DNA from: Minisyncoccota bacterium
GTDB lineage: Bacteria > Patescibacteriota > Minisyncoccia > Phycocordibacterales > SBAW01
Direction: 5' to 3'
Assembly (NCBI GenBank): GCA_035548815.1
Contig: DASZSF010000005.1
Location: 115,741 to 179,740 of the forward strand
DNA length: 64,000 bases
Shown here: in pieces, positions 46,517-56,700 of the stretch
How the letters are laid out: the number at the start of each line of letters is the position of its first letter
Numbering within the stretch: position 1 is the first letter of the stretch
Position numbers and translations under genes: made by a program
Notes under the pieces: generated by a model
Told to the model about the DNA's origin: nothing
Seen by the model: the letters and a program-made list of their open reading frames with translations, nothing else
Database searches by the model: none

Positions 46517-48231
46517 TGTCCTCGCACTCGCTGTCGCATAAGTTGGCCGTACACCTGTAGATTGTATTGGCTCATTCGTCTCGCCTCATCCTCGGCTTCT
46601 TTGCGTCTCTGTTCGCGGATGACAGCCGTCTCGAGATCAATCTTGCGCTTGCGCCATTGCTCTTGTGCGGAGAACCATTCCTGATTCGGAATCCGTCCTT
46701 GCATCCACGCCTGTCTGACATCGGCGAGCCACAGATCATTCTTTCGCAATTCGTTTTCATCTGCGGTGCCTGATAACGCGGGCTGCGACGGGAATACAAA
46801 TCCCGGCTCTGTGATTTTCGACATTATCATGTGTGCCGCGATGGCGAACGCATCGACAAGATCGTCGTGTCGTTCCGCACCGAAGTTCACGAGTTGGAGA
46901 ATTAGCTCCTCGCACCCGTGCTCGGGGAAAACGATAATACCTTCTTGAATAAGGTGCGTGATGAGCGTCAATCGCTGGCGCTTATCCTGTCCATATACCT
47001 TGAATTCTTCGGCAGGAAAACCGTCATGCCGCAGGTCCTGCGGCATTGCTCTTTGATATTGCACGGATTCGATATAGAGCGAGGTCGGGTGGCCGTTCCC
47101 CAGATAGCGCGAAAGCATTTTGAGCTTCGCACGCGCCTCGGGGAATAGGAGGCGGTCGTTGAGCGGGTATTGGTGTACGTACGCTTTCCACGCGCCTTCT
47201 CTGTTGCGGAAAAGCGAAATTGAGACGGCGGCCGTGCAATCCGCCTTCGTATCTTCCGTGATGGCTAGATCGACGCCGGTTAAAGTGACGAAGAAATCAG
47301 GGTTGCCCTCAATCGAGGGCATGTCCGCGTAGCGTTGAATCCACTCGCGCTTCACGACCGATTCTTCGTCGTCGATGATTTTCAGAAGATACTCTCGCGA
47401 CCACGTCTGTATGCTGGGCACCGTTTTACGAAGGGCTTCAATCGCCGCCGTATCAGGGAATTTCGAGAACCATGCGATCTTGCCATCCTCGATCAACGGA
47501 TACGACTTGAAAATGCCATCAAGCTGATCCTCGTCGATATCACGCCGCAAGCGCATGATGATCCCGTCGTCATGCAATCGTGTGCCGATCACGACGACTC
47601 TGGTGCCAAGGTCGCCCATAGGCACGATGTCTCCAAAAAGTTGTGTGTACAGCTTGTCCCGATTTTCTTTTACCTTCACCGACGTGAGGTCTTCGAGGTC
47701 GTCGAACACCATCAGGTCCGGCCGGAATGAGCCGTGCTTGATGCCACGAATCGATGTGTCGAGCGACACGGCGGTGATACGCGCGTCGTACTTTGGAATG
47801 ACGATGGACGTCTGCCGCCACTCGTCGTCTGGCTCATCGAACGGTCCCAGTTCGCTTTTGAGCAATTCGTTGTCAGTGAGTTCATCGGTGATGTTTTTCA
47901 TCGTTTGTCGCGCCTGCTGCTGCGTCTTGCAGACGATGAGCACGAATTTTTTCTGCTGGACGCCGATGATCGACCAGATAGGAAGGCTCGTGGCCATGAT
48001 CGTGCTTTTGGCGCTGCCACGGAACGCCTCGACGACCAGAAATTTCTTACCTTGATCCTGTGTGAGCGCGAAGAGTTCCTTTTGAAACGGCGCGGTCTTG
48101 TACTTGGCGTGGTGGCCGAGAAATGCATGGAAGAAGAACAGATGACTACGCCGCGCCGCCTCCCGACGCAGCTTCTTGTTCGTTCTGATTTGCTCCAACT
48201 CCGTCGGAGCCTTTTGCTGAATCTTTTTCAT
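46513..48231 (-). CDS. phage terminase large subunit
   Basis: Walker A EAFRGSAKST, Walker B LMVFDDLED, C-terminal RNase-H-like nuclease acidic residues (DLAITEDT ... HDDLVDAF); ATG 48231 preferred over TTG 48285. Confidence 0.8.
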   Translation of the reverse strand: MKKIQQKAPTELEQIRTNKKLRREAARRSHLFFFHAFLGHHAKYKTAPFQKELFALTQDQGKKFLVVEAFRGSAKSTIMATSLPIWSIIGVQQKKFVLIVCKTQQQARQTMKNITDELTDNELLKSELGPFDEPDDEWRQTSIVIPKYDARITAVSLDTSIRGIKHGSFRPDLMVFDDLEDLTSVKVKENRDKLYTQLFGDIVPMGDLGTRVVVIGTRLHDDGIIMRLRRDIDEDQLDGIFKSYPLIEDGKIAWFSKFPDTAAIEALRKTVPSIQTWSREYLLKIIDDEESVVKREWIQRYADMPSIEGNPDFFVTLTGVDLAITEDTKADCTAAVSISLFRNREGAWKAYVHQYPLNDRLLFPEARAKLKMLSRYLGNGHPTSLYIESVQYQRAMPQDLRHDGFPAEEFKVYGQDKRQRLTLITHLIQEGIIVFPEHGCEELILQLVNFGAERHDDLVDAFAIAAHMIMSKITEPGFVFPSQPALSGTADENELRKNDLWLADVRQAWMQGRIPNQEWFSAQEQWRKRKIDLETAVIREQRRKEAEDEARRMSQYNLQVYGQLMRQRVRGH

Positions 48232-48649
48232 GGTTATTTTCTTTATCGTTAGTAACGCTGGTAATCTCCACTGTCTCGCTTTCAAGCATCGCGAGCCCGC
48301 GTTCTACGAGCGCATCCTGCTCAGCGTCCAACGCCTCACGCTCTTCTGGGGTACGCGCGGTGATCTCGAGTTTGTCTTTGAACTTCGGGTTGCGGTGCCG
48401 CAGCCAGAATTGGATCGATGGATAATGGCGCTCCAACATGAGGGAATACAGTTGATTCTCGCCGAGGTCGTTCAGCATCGCCTCGCCCTCGGCGAGCGCG
48501 TCTTCCATTGCTTTGCGGAATTCCTCGTCTTCATCGCGCCACTTGTACACGGTCGAGCGTGCGACGCCAACTTGCTCGACGGCGGCCTGAATATTCGGGA
48601 TCTTTTTCAGATGTTCGAGAAACAAGTCTTTGATGCGATCTTTTTTCAT
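48146..48649 (-). CDS. putative terminase small subunit / HTH DNA-binding protein
   Basis: MKKDRIKDLFLEHLKKIPNIQAAVEQVGVARSTVYKWRDEDEEF HTH; immediately upstream of large terminase, 3' overlap. Confidence 0.5.
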   Translation of the reverse strand: MKKDRIKDLFLEHLKKIPNIQAAVEQVGVARSTVYKWRDEDEEFRKAMEDALAEGEAMLNDLGENQLYSLMLERHYPSIQFWLRHRNPKFKDKLEITARTPEEREALDAEQDALVERGLAMLESETVEITSVTNDKENNHEKDSAKGSDGVGANQNEQEAASGGGAA

Positions 48650-49917
48650 ACACGTTTTGCCTTCAGCTTTGTAAGTGCTTCCCATCGGCGGATGGTGAGG
48701 TCCGCAAAAAGCGGTTCGAGCTCGACCACATATGCACGACGCTTCAACATTTCCGCACTTATCAACGTGCTGCCCGACCCCGAAAAGGAATCGAGAATTA
48801 TGTCGTTCACCTTCGTGCAACGCCTAATTGCTTTCTGGTGGAGTGTCGGGGGCTTCGCGGTTGCGTGCGTGTACTCTTTGCCCGCGAGGCGCTTCACAAG
48901 CCACACGTTGAAGTGGTCGATGATGTCTTCGATGAGGCGATTGCCGGTTCCGATTTCCTTGTTCAGTACCTCGTTGAGGTTCGTGATGTTTTTAGTGAGA
49001 TGAGGTTTGCCGCGCGTCGCGTAGATGCAAGGCTCGTATGCTTTTGAAAACGCGACGCCCGGCGTCGGGTTTTGCCCGTTCTTGATCCACAGGCATACGC
49101 GACGATTTGTGAGCCCCAGTTCGGCGAAGAGTCCCTGCACGAGGCCGATCTGTGATTCATCGTTCCAATAGAAAACATGGGCGTCGTCTTTTGTGACGGC
49201 TAGAGCCGCTTCCATGCTTTGTTTCAAGAATGCGCGGTACTCGTCCGGCGTGCGCGTGTCGTTGACCTCGCCACCGTAATTCGCGCGACCGCCGACGCCG
49301 CGCGAATAATCGATCGAGAGATTATAAATCGGGTCGGAATAAACCATGGAGGCACGCTCGGAGCCGAAGAGTTTTTTGAGTACCGACGGGTCAGTCGCGT
49401 CCCCAACTGCGAGACGGTGAGGTCCGAGTTGATATACCTCACCGACCTTGCTTTTCGGTTTCTTGATGCGAGCGATTTCTTTTTCAACATCGAATCCGTC
49501 ATCTTGCGTCTCCAAAGTGCTGTCCCATGCCGCCGCGATGACCGCATCATCGACGCCGATATCCATGAGGAGTTTTGCGTCGAATGCTTTGAGCTTCTCG
49601 AAATCCCACGATCCGCCGAGAGCGTTAGACGCGACGAGGTAACGGCGCGCCTCGGCTTCGGAGAGCTGGCGCGATGGAATACGGACCGGAATCTTCTCCT
49701 CGCCGCGCCCGAGGAGTTGGAGCGCCTTGATGCGCTGGTGGCCCGCAAGGATGCGGCCATCGCTATTTATTGCGGGAATTTCCGCGAGATTGAAGCGCTC
49801 GATATTGCGCTTCAAGTCTTCGAGCTGCTTGGATGAAATTCTCCTCGGATTTTCATCATGGGGTACGAGATCGTTTACGGTGCGCTCGACCGTGGACCAG
49901 AATAATTTTTTAGCCAT
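48646..49917 (-). CDS. ParB-like nuclease domain fused to N6A/N4C DNA methyltransferase
   Basis: ParB N-domain (RISSKQLEDLKRNIERFNL...GHQRIKAL); MTase motif IV SDPIYN and motif I ILDSFSGSGST. Confidence 0.8.
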   Translation of the reverse strand: MAKKLFWSTVERTVNDLVPHDENPRRISSKQLEDLKRNIERFNLAEIPAINSDGRILAGHQRIKALQLLGRGEEKIPVRIPSRQLSEAEARRYLVASNALGGSWDFEKLKAFDAKLLMDIGVDDAVIAAAWDSTLETQDDGFDVEKEIARIKKPKSKVGEVYQLGPHRLAVGDATDPSVLKKLFGSERASMVYSDPIYNLSIDYSRGVGGRANYGGEVNDTRTPDEYRAFLKQSMEAALAVTKDDAHVFYWNDESQIGLVQGLFAELGLTNRRVCLWIKNGQNPTPGVAFSKAYEPCIYATRGKPHLTKNITNLNEVLNKEIGTGNRLIEDIIDHFNVWLVKRLAGKEYTHATAKPPTLHQKAIRRCTKVNDIILDSFSGSGSTLISAEMLKRRAYVVELEPLFADLTIRRWEALTKLKAKRV

Positions 49918-50008
49918 AGCGGGTATGTGCTAGCGAATAAGCAGGAAGGCAGTACTCCCTCCTACTTACATTGGACGTAGGGTGAACCCGATTTTGGTTG
50001 CGGCCTGT

Positions 50009-50287
50009 TTAATTCAATACGTACGAGGGAAGCTCGTATGCGTACATCTCGTATCGCTCGCGCACGCCAGCCTTCCTCAGCAGGTCCTTTATGCGGTTTT
50101 TCAGGATAGCGCGAACGTAGGTTTTGAGGGACGCCCCATTCTTTCCCTTGAAGTTGATCTTGCGGGTGAGAAGAGTGAGGGCAAGTTCGTCTTTGATGTC
50201 GTCCGCGGTCATCTCCGGAATCCACGTATGTTTCGCGATTCGGTCGATCAGAGGGAGAAATTCAAGACACAGTTCGTTATTCGACAT
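50009..50287 (-). CDS. small sigma-factor-like / phage transcriptional regulator (hypothetical)
   Basis: 92 aa, helical, weak sigma region-4-like. Confidence 0.35.
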   Translation of the reverse strand: MSNNELCLEFLPLIDRIAKHTWIPEMTADDIKDELALTLLTRKINFKGKNGASLKTYVRAILKNRIKDLLRKAGVRERYEMYAYELPSYVLN

Positions 50288-50386
50288 AGCGGGTGGGGCA
50301 GATGATGGTACATGCCCTTACTATAATTATATGAGAAAAACAGCAATTTTATTTAGGCGTCATCAGTTATAGTATGATTACGAATC

Positions 50387-50593
50387 ATGAATGAATCAGC
50401 AACGAGTTCCGGTGAAGGCAGTCCGGCGGTCGAACAGGCGGAAAAGCAAGTGCTGGGAAACCAGAACTACCAGAAGGTAGAAGTCGTACATCGTTTTGCC
50501 GATTCTCATCCGTGGGTCCATCCAGCCCTGTTGGGTGGAATCGCGTTGATCGCTGCGGCTGCAATCATCTTCGTTGTTCGTCGTTCACGCTAG
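50387..50593 (+). CDS. small membrane protein
   Basis: 68 aa, C-terminal TM. Confidence 0.3.
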   Translation: MNESATSSGEGSPAVEQAEKQVLGNQNYQKVEVVHRFADSHPWVHPALLGGIALIAAAAIIFVVRRSR

Positions 50594-51188
50594 TAATAAC
50601 ATGAATCACAACCAACTTTTGCAAAGAGGCCTTCTCCTCGAATATATAACTCTCGCCTGGAACGTAGTTGGCACGGCCGTCGCGGTTTGGGCTGGGATAC
50701 AGGCGGCCTCGCTTTCTTTGTTCGGTTTCGGCATTGATTCAGCCATAGAGATTTTTGCTTCGATAGTTGTCGTGTGGCAACTGAAGGCTATCAACAAAAA
50801 CAACGAGAGATTCGCCCTAAAGCTCATTGGAGGTGCATTCATGGCCCTCTCTCTTTATCTATTGGTGCGGGCGCTTCAGGTTCTCGTTGCAGGAGTGCAT
50901 CCGCAGCCTTCCGTGCTCGGAGCTGCCTGGTTGTTTATAACTGCAATCGCGATGCTCTTGCTGGCCTACGGAAAGCGCAAAATTGGGAAGCAGATACCAA
51001 ATAGGACGCTCATGGAAGAAGCGATCGTGACGTTGATAGACGGCCTGCTTGCTTTAGCACTTCTTGTCGGGGTACTGCTCGATATGTATTTCGGTTTTTG
51101 GTGGGCAGATCCGGTTGCAAGTCTGATTCTTGTATTCTTGGGTGCTCGCGAGGCACTCCATATTTTCAACGGAGAGCATAATCATTAG
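50574..51188 (+). CDS. cation diffusion facilitator family protein, TM domain only
   Basis: DSAIEIFASIVVVW metal-site motif; about 200 aa, lacks cytoplasmic CTD. Confidence 0.6.
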   Translation: MFVVHASNNMNHNQLLQRGLLLEYITLAWNVVGTAVAVWAGIQAASLSLFGFGIDSAIEIFASIVVVWQLKAINKNNERFALKLIGGAFMALSLYLLVRALQVLVAGVHPQPSVLGAAWLFITAIAMLLLAYGKRKIGKQIPNRTLMEEAIVTLIDGLLALALLVGVLLDMYFGFWWADPVASLILVFLGAREALHIFNGEHNH

Positions 51189-51457
51189 GGTCTAATGGCC
51201 TCTCAGAAAACGGACACATGAATGTCCGATTCTTGTGTCTGATTTGTCTACTTTTCAAAAAATAACCCCTTGCTGTCGAGGGCTCGACTCTCCACCGCAA
51301 AAGCAGCTAAAATATCCTTACGGTTACTAGACGATGGGGTACTAACTGCTGACTGCCCGCTGAGATTTTTAAAGAGTGTTTCTATTGACAAAATAGAAAA
51401 TAGTAAGTATTGTTTATTTGATTGGTACAAGTTTGGAATCAACTGCAGGAGTGTGCG

Positions 51458-52009
51458 ATGGCAATTTTCTCAAGAAACGAAGCCAACCGGAACGGCCACA
51501 CCGTTCTGCAAGTGACGAGCCTCGACAGCCGTACGGGCGAGGAAGAACTCGAGCAACTCAAGAAAGCCGGCGTGCCCGTTGAAGGGCCTGTGACGGCCTG
51601 CTTGCAGGCACGCCATTACCGCTATCACAAGCTCGCCGAGGACCACGAGTACACGGTTGTCATCATCCCTGGCTCAAACGTCCCACCGGAGGCGGGGAGT
51701 ACTGTCGAAGGCTTGGCGACATGGGCGTCCAAAACCTACAAGTATGCGCGGGCAAGGGCAGGTATTGCCCTCCGGCTTCGCGACCTGCTCTCGGTTTCGC
51801 CCGAGCTCATGGAAAAGCTGAAGCTGGAGCGGATTATCGTTGTACATGACCCAACTGATACCCGCAAAGAAGGTGCGCGTGTCTTCGGTGTTAGGGTCGA
51901 GGGTGCTGAAGGGTTCCTCGATGCGTATGCCGAGGACGAGACGGCTTATGGCGAAGGCACGGGTTTCGCCTTCATCGACCTCCACCATGTCTGGAGCAAG
52001 CGCTCGTAG
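51458..52009 (+). CDS. hypothetical protein, elevated GC (about 59%)
   Basis: MAIFSRNEANRNGHTVLQVTSLD...; no family recognised. Confidence 0.4.
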   Translation: MAIFSRNEANRNGHTVLQVTSLDSRTGEEELEQLKKAGVPVEGPVTACLQARHYRYHKLAEDHEYTVVIIPGSNVPPEAGSTVEGLATWASKTYKYARARAGIALRLRDLLSVSPELMEKLKLERIIVVHDPTDTRKEGARVFGVRVEGAEGFLDAYAEDETAYGEGTGFAFIDLHHVWSKRS

Positions 52010-52128
52010 TTTTCTCGCTCGACAGTTCTCGGGCTCCGCTATGGCGCGGGGCCTTTTCTTTTTGTGAACCCTTCCAGATTTCTTCAGCGTAAGAAAACCG
52101 CAACACTCGAGTCTTCGTATACATAAGT

Positions 52129-53043
52129 ATGAACAAAACTCTTCTGTGGTACAAACAGCGTGCACGGAGAAATTTTGGCGTGGTAAGCACTACCATGGGC
52201 ATGCTCTTGTTGCTTGTTTCACCGCTTGCTGCATTTGCACAAACCTCACGCACCTCTGCAGGAGATGCAGCACCAGCGTTCGTCGCGGCACAAGGTGCTG
52301 ATGCATCACTCAACTGGGCAGGGTATGTTGCGAACAAAAAGGGGAGTACATATACATCGGTGTCTGCGACATGGACAGTGCCAAAAATTTCAACCGCAAG
52401 CACAACAGGCAACTCCGCTGATGCAACATGGGTCGGCATCGGCGGAGTTTCGTCAGACGATTTGATTCAGGCGGGGACGCAAGCACTCGTAAACAACAAT
52501 CGCGTCACGTATCAAGCGTGGTACGAATTGTTGCCCGACTATCAGACACCAATCGCACTTGCTGTGCATGCAGGCGACTCGGTGAGTGTCTCCATACACG
52601 AAGTATCTGCCAACAATTGGGAAGTGATTTTTATAAACAACACTACGGGTCAAAAATATCAAAAAACATTTTCATACGAATCAGCACGATCGTCTGCTGA
52701 GTGGATACAAGAGATGCCGGTCGGAGGCAGCTCACGTCATCTCAGCTACATTCCCTTGGATGACTTTGGCAGCGTCACATTTGTCGGAGCGAACGCGGTC
52801 GTGGACGGAGTTGCTCATTTGCTTGGCGACCTCGAGGCCACTCCGCTCACAATGCTCGGCACTCGTTCGCAAACGCTCGCAGTGCCATCGAAATTGCATG
52901 CCGACGGATCGAGCTTCTCTGTTGCTCGCACACAAGGAAATAATTTTTCATCAACTGTGCGTACACGTAGTGCGCATCCCATCGATCGAGATGTATATCA
53001 AACCAGCAACGGTACCACTGTCATCAAAGTGATGGTATGGTAA
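52129..53043 (+). CDS. secreted peptidase G1 (eqolisin / scytalidoglutamic peptidase-like)
   Basis: signal peptide; SLNWAGYV, WVGIGG, LIQAGT, YQAWYELLPD, AEWIQEMP in family order. Confidence 0.6.
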   Translation: MNKTLLWYKQRARRNFGVVSTTMGMLLLLVSPLAAFAQTSRTSAGDAAPAFVAAQGADASLNWAGYVANKKGSTYTSVSATWTVPKISTASTTGNSADATWVGIGGVSSDDLIQAGTQALVNNNRVTYQAWYELLPDYQTPIALAVHAGDSVSVSIHEVSANNWEVIFINNTTGQKYQKTFSYESARSSAEWIQEMPVGGSSRHLSYIPLDDFGSVTFVGANAVVDGVAHLLGDLEATPLTMLGTRSQTLAVPSKLHADGSSFSVARTQGNNFSSTVRTRSAHPIDRDVYQTSNGTTVIKVMVW

Positions 53044-53047
53044 CTGC

Positions 53048-53533
53048 ATGAAGCAGAAGAATATACTCATCATATTTGTTTCTCTTGCGGTCATTGTGTG
53101 TGCTGGAATTTTTCTTGCATATTATGTTTCGCATAGAAGCGAACACAGAGGTGTAGTAAACTCGGGACTACCTATGGAAACTGTCAGCATTGGTGGTGTC
53201 CTCATTGACGTCGAAATCGCATCGAACGATGAGCAGCGCGAACTTGGACTTTCCAACCGTGCATCGTTGGCAGAGGGGAAGGGAATGTTGTTTGTATTTG
53301 ATCCGCCTCGGGATGTCGGATTTTGGATGAAGGATATGAACTTTTCGCTCGATATGATTTTTGCAAATACGGACGGCGTGATCCTCAATATTGCGCATGA
53401 TGTATCGCCAGACACCTATCCAAACCAGTTATTCCACTCCGCAGGGGAGGTCAGATACGTTCTTGAGGTACCAGCCGGCTATGCAGAAAAAGAGGGCATT
53501 GCCGTCGGTCAGGTGATTGAAGTTCGAAAGTAA
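53048..53533 (+). CDS. DUF192 (COG1430) family protein
   Basis: MLFVFD...PLDMIFANTDGVILNI...EVRYVLEVPAG signature. Confidence 0.75.
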   Translation: MKQKNILIIFVSLAVIVCAGIFLAYYVSHRSEHRGVVNSGLPMETVSIGGVLIDVEIASNDEQRELGLSNRASLAEGKGMLFVFDPPRDVGFWMKDMNFSLDMIFANTDGVILNIAHDVSPDTYPNQLFHSAGEVRYVLEVPAGYAEKEGIAVGQVIEVRK

Positions 53534-53566
53534 ATTCTCTTTAATATTCTATCTCGAATTGCCGAG

Positions 53567-53607
53567 ATATATTGCAAAATAAAACTTTTTCATAAAAATC
53601 TCGGCAA
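53567..53607. repeat. 10-bp inverted repeat TTGCCGAGAT / ATCTCGGCAA with 21-bp AT-rich spacer upstream of giant gene
   Basis: seen directly; possible operator or hairpin. Confidence 0.3.
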
Positions 53608-53767
53608 CGATAGCGAATAGCGCGTATATATATATTTATCACAGTCCAGGTTCAGAATTCCGACGGGTTTTGTATTCACAGAAGCTATTCATGAAATCTT
53701 AAAAATTTTATCCACATGAAAAGTAGAAAATAGTGTTAAACCATAGGGTTATTTTGTCGTATACTGT

Positions 53768-56700
53768 TTGCAACAGGGCAATCGCGATCGCGATATGCCT
53801 TTTTCTTTTTTACAACCAACAAAAAACACTGTCCCGCATGCGGGACGTTCTTTGTTGTACAAGGGAATAATTCTTGTACTCATGTGCGCACTCACATGTT
53901 CGTCTTTTTCAATTCCTGCACGTGCAGCGGGCGCTCCTCCGACGATTATTTCGTACCAAGGCCGTCTCACCGATGGAAGTGGAAATTTACTTGGAGATTT
54001 GGGCACAACGTACTATCTGAAATTTTCTATTTGGGATAGTCCGACCGTGGGTGCGGGTAATCGTGTGTGGCCAACGACAACAAGCGTTGCAACGACGAGC
54101 GTTACGGTGACGCAAGGCCTCTTCACCGTTAACATTGGCGACACTGCGAACGGATATCCAACTGCGCTTAACTTGAACGTCGCAAACAATACGCAGCTCT
54201 ATTTGCAGGTGGAAGTTTCTGCGGATAACAATTCGTCTGAAACGTTGTCTCCACGCCAGCAACTCACATCGTCCGTATTCTCGCTCCTTTCGAGTGCAGT
54301 TGTCGGTACAACGACACCGTCGCTCTTTGGAACCACAACCCCGATAGGTTCATCGTTCATCACAGCGCAAGCAACAAGCGCGACGTCCATCCCACTGACA
54401 CTTGCAGGCACTTCAGGACAGACAGCGAATCTTTTCCAAGTTTTGAATAATTCTCTTTCGAACTTGTTTTCGATATCCAGCAACGGTACTGTCACCTTTG
54501 CGACGCTGACGTCAGGTTTGCATGCAGCATCACCAAGCGGTGCTGTGTACTCTGCGGCGACATCATCGCTTTCACTGTCGGGACCGTTCTCCGGGTTTGC
54601 ATCGCTCGGCGCACTTGTCGGCGGTTCGAACTCAACGATAACGTGGACCGGCCTTGCAACGACATCACAACCATCATCAAGCAACCTGCTTGTTTCAAAC
54701 GGAGGAGCGGGTGTGTACGGCGTCGCAACATCGACGCTCACTGCGTCGTCGCCACTCACTGGATCATTCACTGTGCTGGGAAGCGGCGGAAGTTTGGGAT
54801 GCCAAACTGCAAACGGTTCGCAAGCAGGATGTCTTTCGTCGGCAGACTGGACGACATTCAACAGCAAATCGAGTTTTGCATACCCGTTCAACATTGCCGG
54901 AAATGCAACCTCAACACTGACACAGTTCAACGGGGGACTTACTGCGTACGCGTCAACAACCATCGGCAACGGCGGCCAAGGCAGTGGCTTGACCATCAAC
55001 GGAGGCGCGACGACAACAGGAAATGCATACGTGAACGGGAACCTTACGGTGGGCACTACGGGAGCACTCGTTGCAAGTGCAGGTAATATAGTTCATCAAG
55101 TTGGTAACTTCCAATTCTACAATTCTACCATTGTCGTTCCAAGCGGTGCCTCTATTATTCCAAGCAACAACATCAGAACGTTTACGTTCTATGGGAACCC
55201 AACCTATTCAACCGGCAACGGTCTGGATTTTACGGCAGGGGACCCGGGTAATGCAGTGACTGTAAGCGCTTCGACAAACTATGGTTCGCCCGATATGAAT
55301 GTATCCATCGCGTTCCTCCCTAAAGGTGCGGGCAACATCGGTATTGCTACCTCCTCGCCCTTCGCCAAACTTTCGGTCGCGGGTTCAGCATACATCGGAG
55401 GCAATCTGACCGCGACGGGCACTCTCGCGGTTGCTGGCATCAGCACGTTTTCGAGCAATATCGGCGTGGGCACGACCTCACCGTGGAAGATGTTGTCAGT
55501 GGGCACGGGCACCACCGGCACTTTCGTCATTGCAACCTCAACCGCAGGCTGCGCACAGTTCAGTGCTTTTGGTGAACTCTACTCGACGGGTTCAAACTGT
55601 GGTGGAGGATCGCTTACAGGTACCACCGGTCAGATTCCGTGGTTCAGCGGCACGAACACCGCAGTGGGCACATCATCGTTGTTCCTCAACTCGTCTACAG
55701 GGAACTTCGGCATTGGAACCACATCGCCGCTTGCGAAACTTGATGTTTTTGGCAACGTAACCTTGTCTGGCTCAAGTCGCTATTTGAACTTCGGCGCGAC
55801 CTCGACCGCCGGTATTGGTTCAACTGGCTATGGTCTTCGTGATAATGCCGGTGTCCTTGAGTTCAAGAACTCCGGTGGTTCATGGCAAGGTGTGTCATCG
55901 GTTGCAACAAGCGGACCGGCCTTCTCCGTGGATAAAAATGGCACTGACCAAACAATTTCAACAGCCACATATACACCTCTCACTTGGTCTCACGAAATCT
56001 TCGACACCAACAACAACTTCGACACGGGGACCGGCCGATTCACTCCAACAGTGCCGGGCAAGTATCTCATTAAGCTCAATGTGTACTGTGGCGCAGTTTC
56101 TAGCTGCTACGCAGGTATCGCAAAAAACGGTTCTGCCCTGGCAAACATAGTTTCGCAGACAGGCTCCCAAGGGAACGTCACCATTGCGACGGCGGTCGCT
56201 ATCGTCGACATGAATGGTACGACGGACTACATCGTAGGCGACGGCTATTCGGATGTAAGCACAACTATTGTTGGTACGGTTATCAATACCAACTTCTCAG
56301 GTGCTCTCATTGCCCCCGTCAGCGCGGGTACGGTCAACGGCACAGGTTCAAATGGTCAGATCACCTTCTGGAACAGTGCAAACTCAGCAACAGGCGACGC
56401 CGACTTCGTCTGGGACAGCACCAACAGCCGCCTTGGCATCGGCACCTCATCGCCATGGGCAAAGCTTTCGGTTGTTACGGATGCAACTACTGGTCCAGGC
56501 AGTGTCGTCGATGCAAGTTCAATCACGGACGGAGTGGGTCTGCGCCTTGAGTTCAATAGCTCAACGATGACCACCAACGGCCGTGTCTTCAGCATTGTCG
56601 ACAAAGCTTTCAACAGCACCTTCTTCGAAGTCAACGAAAACGGTCAGACCGGCATCCGCACCTTCGGCAACCTCGGTAGCAACTTCTCATCACTCACGGT

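Larger units (their letters stand above)
46513..50287. mobile_element. phage-derived orphan module (terminase S/L, ParB-MTase, sigma-like) without structural genes
   Basis: four co-oriented minus-strand genes with overlapping ends; no portal/capsid genes in window. Confidence 0.5.

Noticed and set aside
48230-49003. 257-aa plus-strand ORF spanning the terminase small subunit / ParB-MTase junction
   Set aside because: Opposite to three co-oriented phage genes with clear motifs; no domain signal.
46513-50287. Calling the terminase/ParB-MTase region a complete prophage
   Set aside because: No portal, capsid, tail or lysis genes in either direction within the window; flanking genes are convergent and chromosomal-looking.
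54199-55056. 285-aa minus-strand ORF inside the giant surface-protein gene
   Set aside because: Antisense of a low-complexity Thr/Ser/Gly-rich coding region; no start context.
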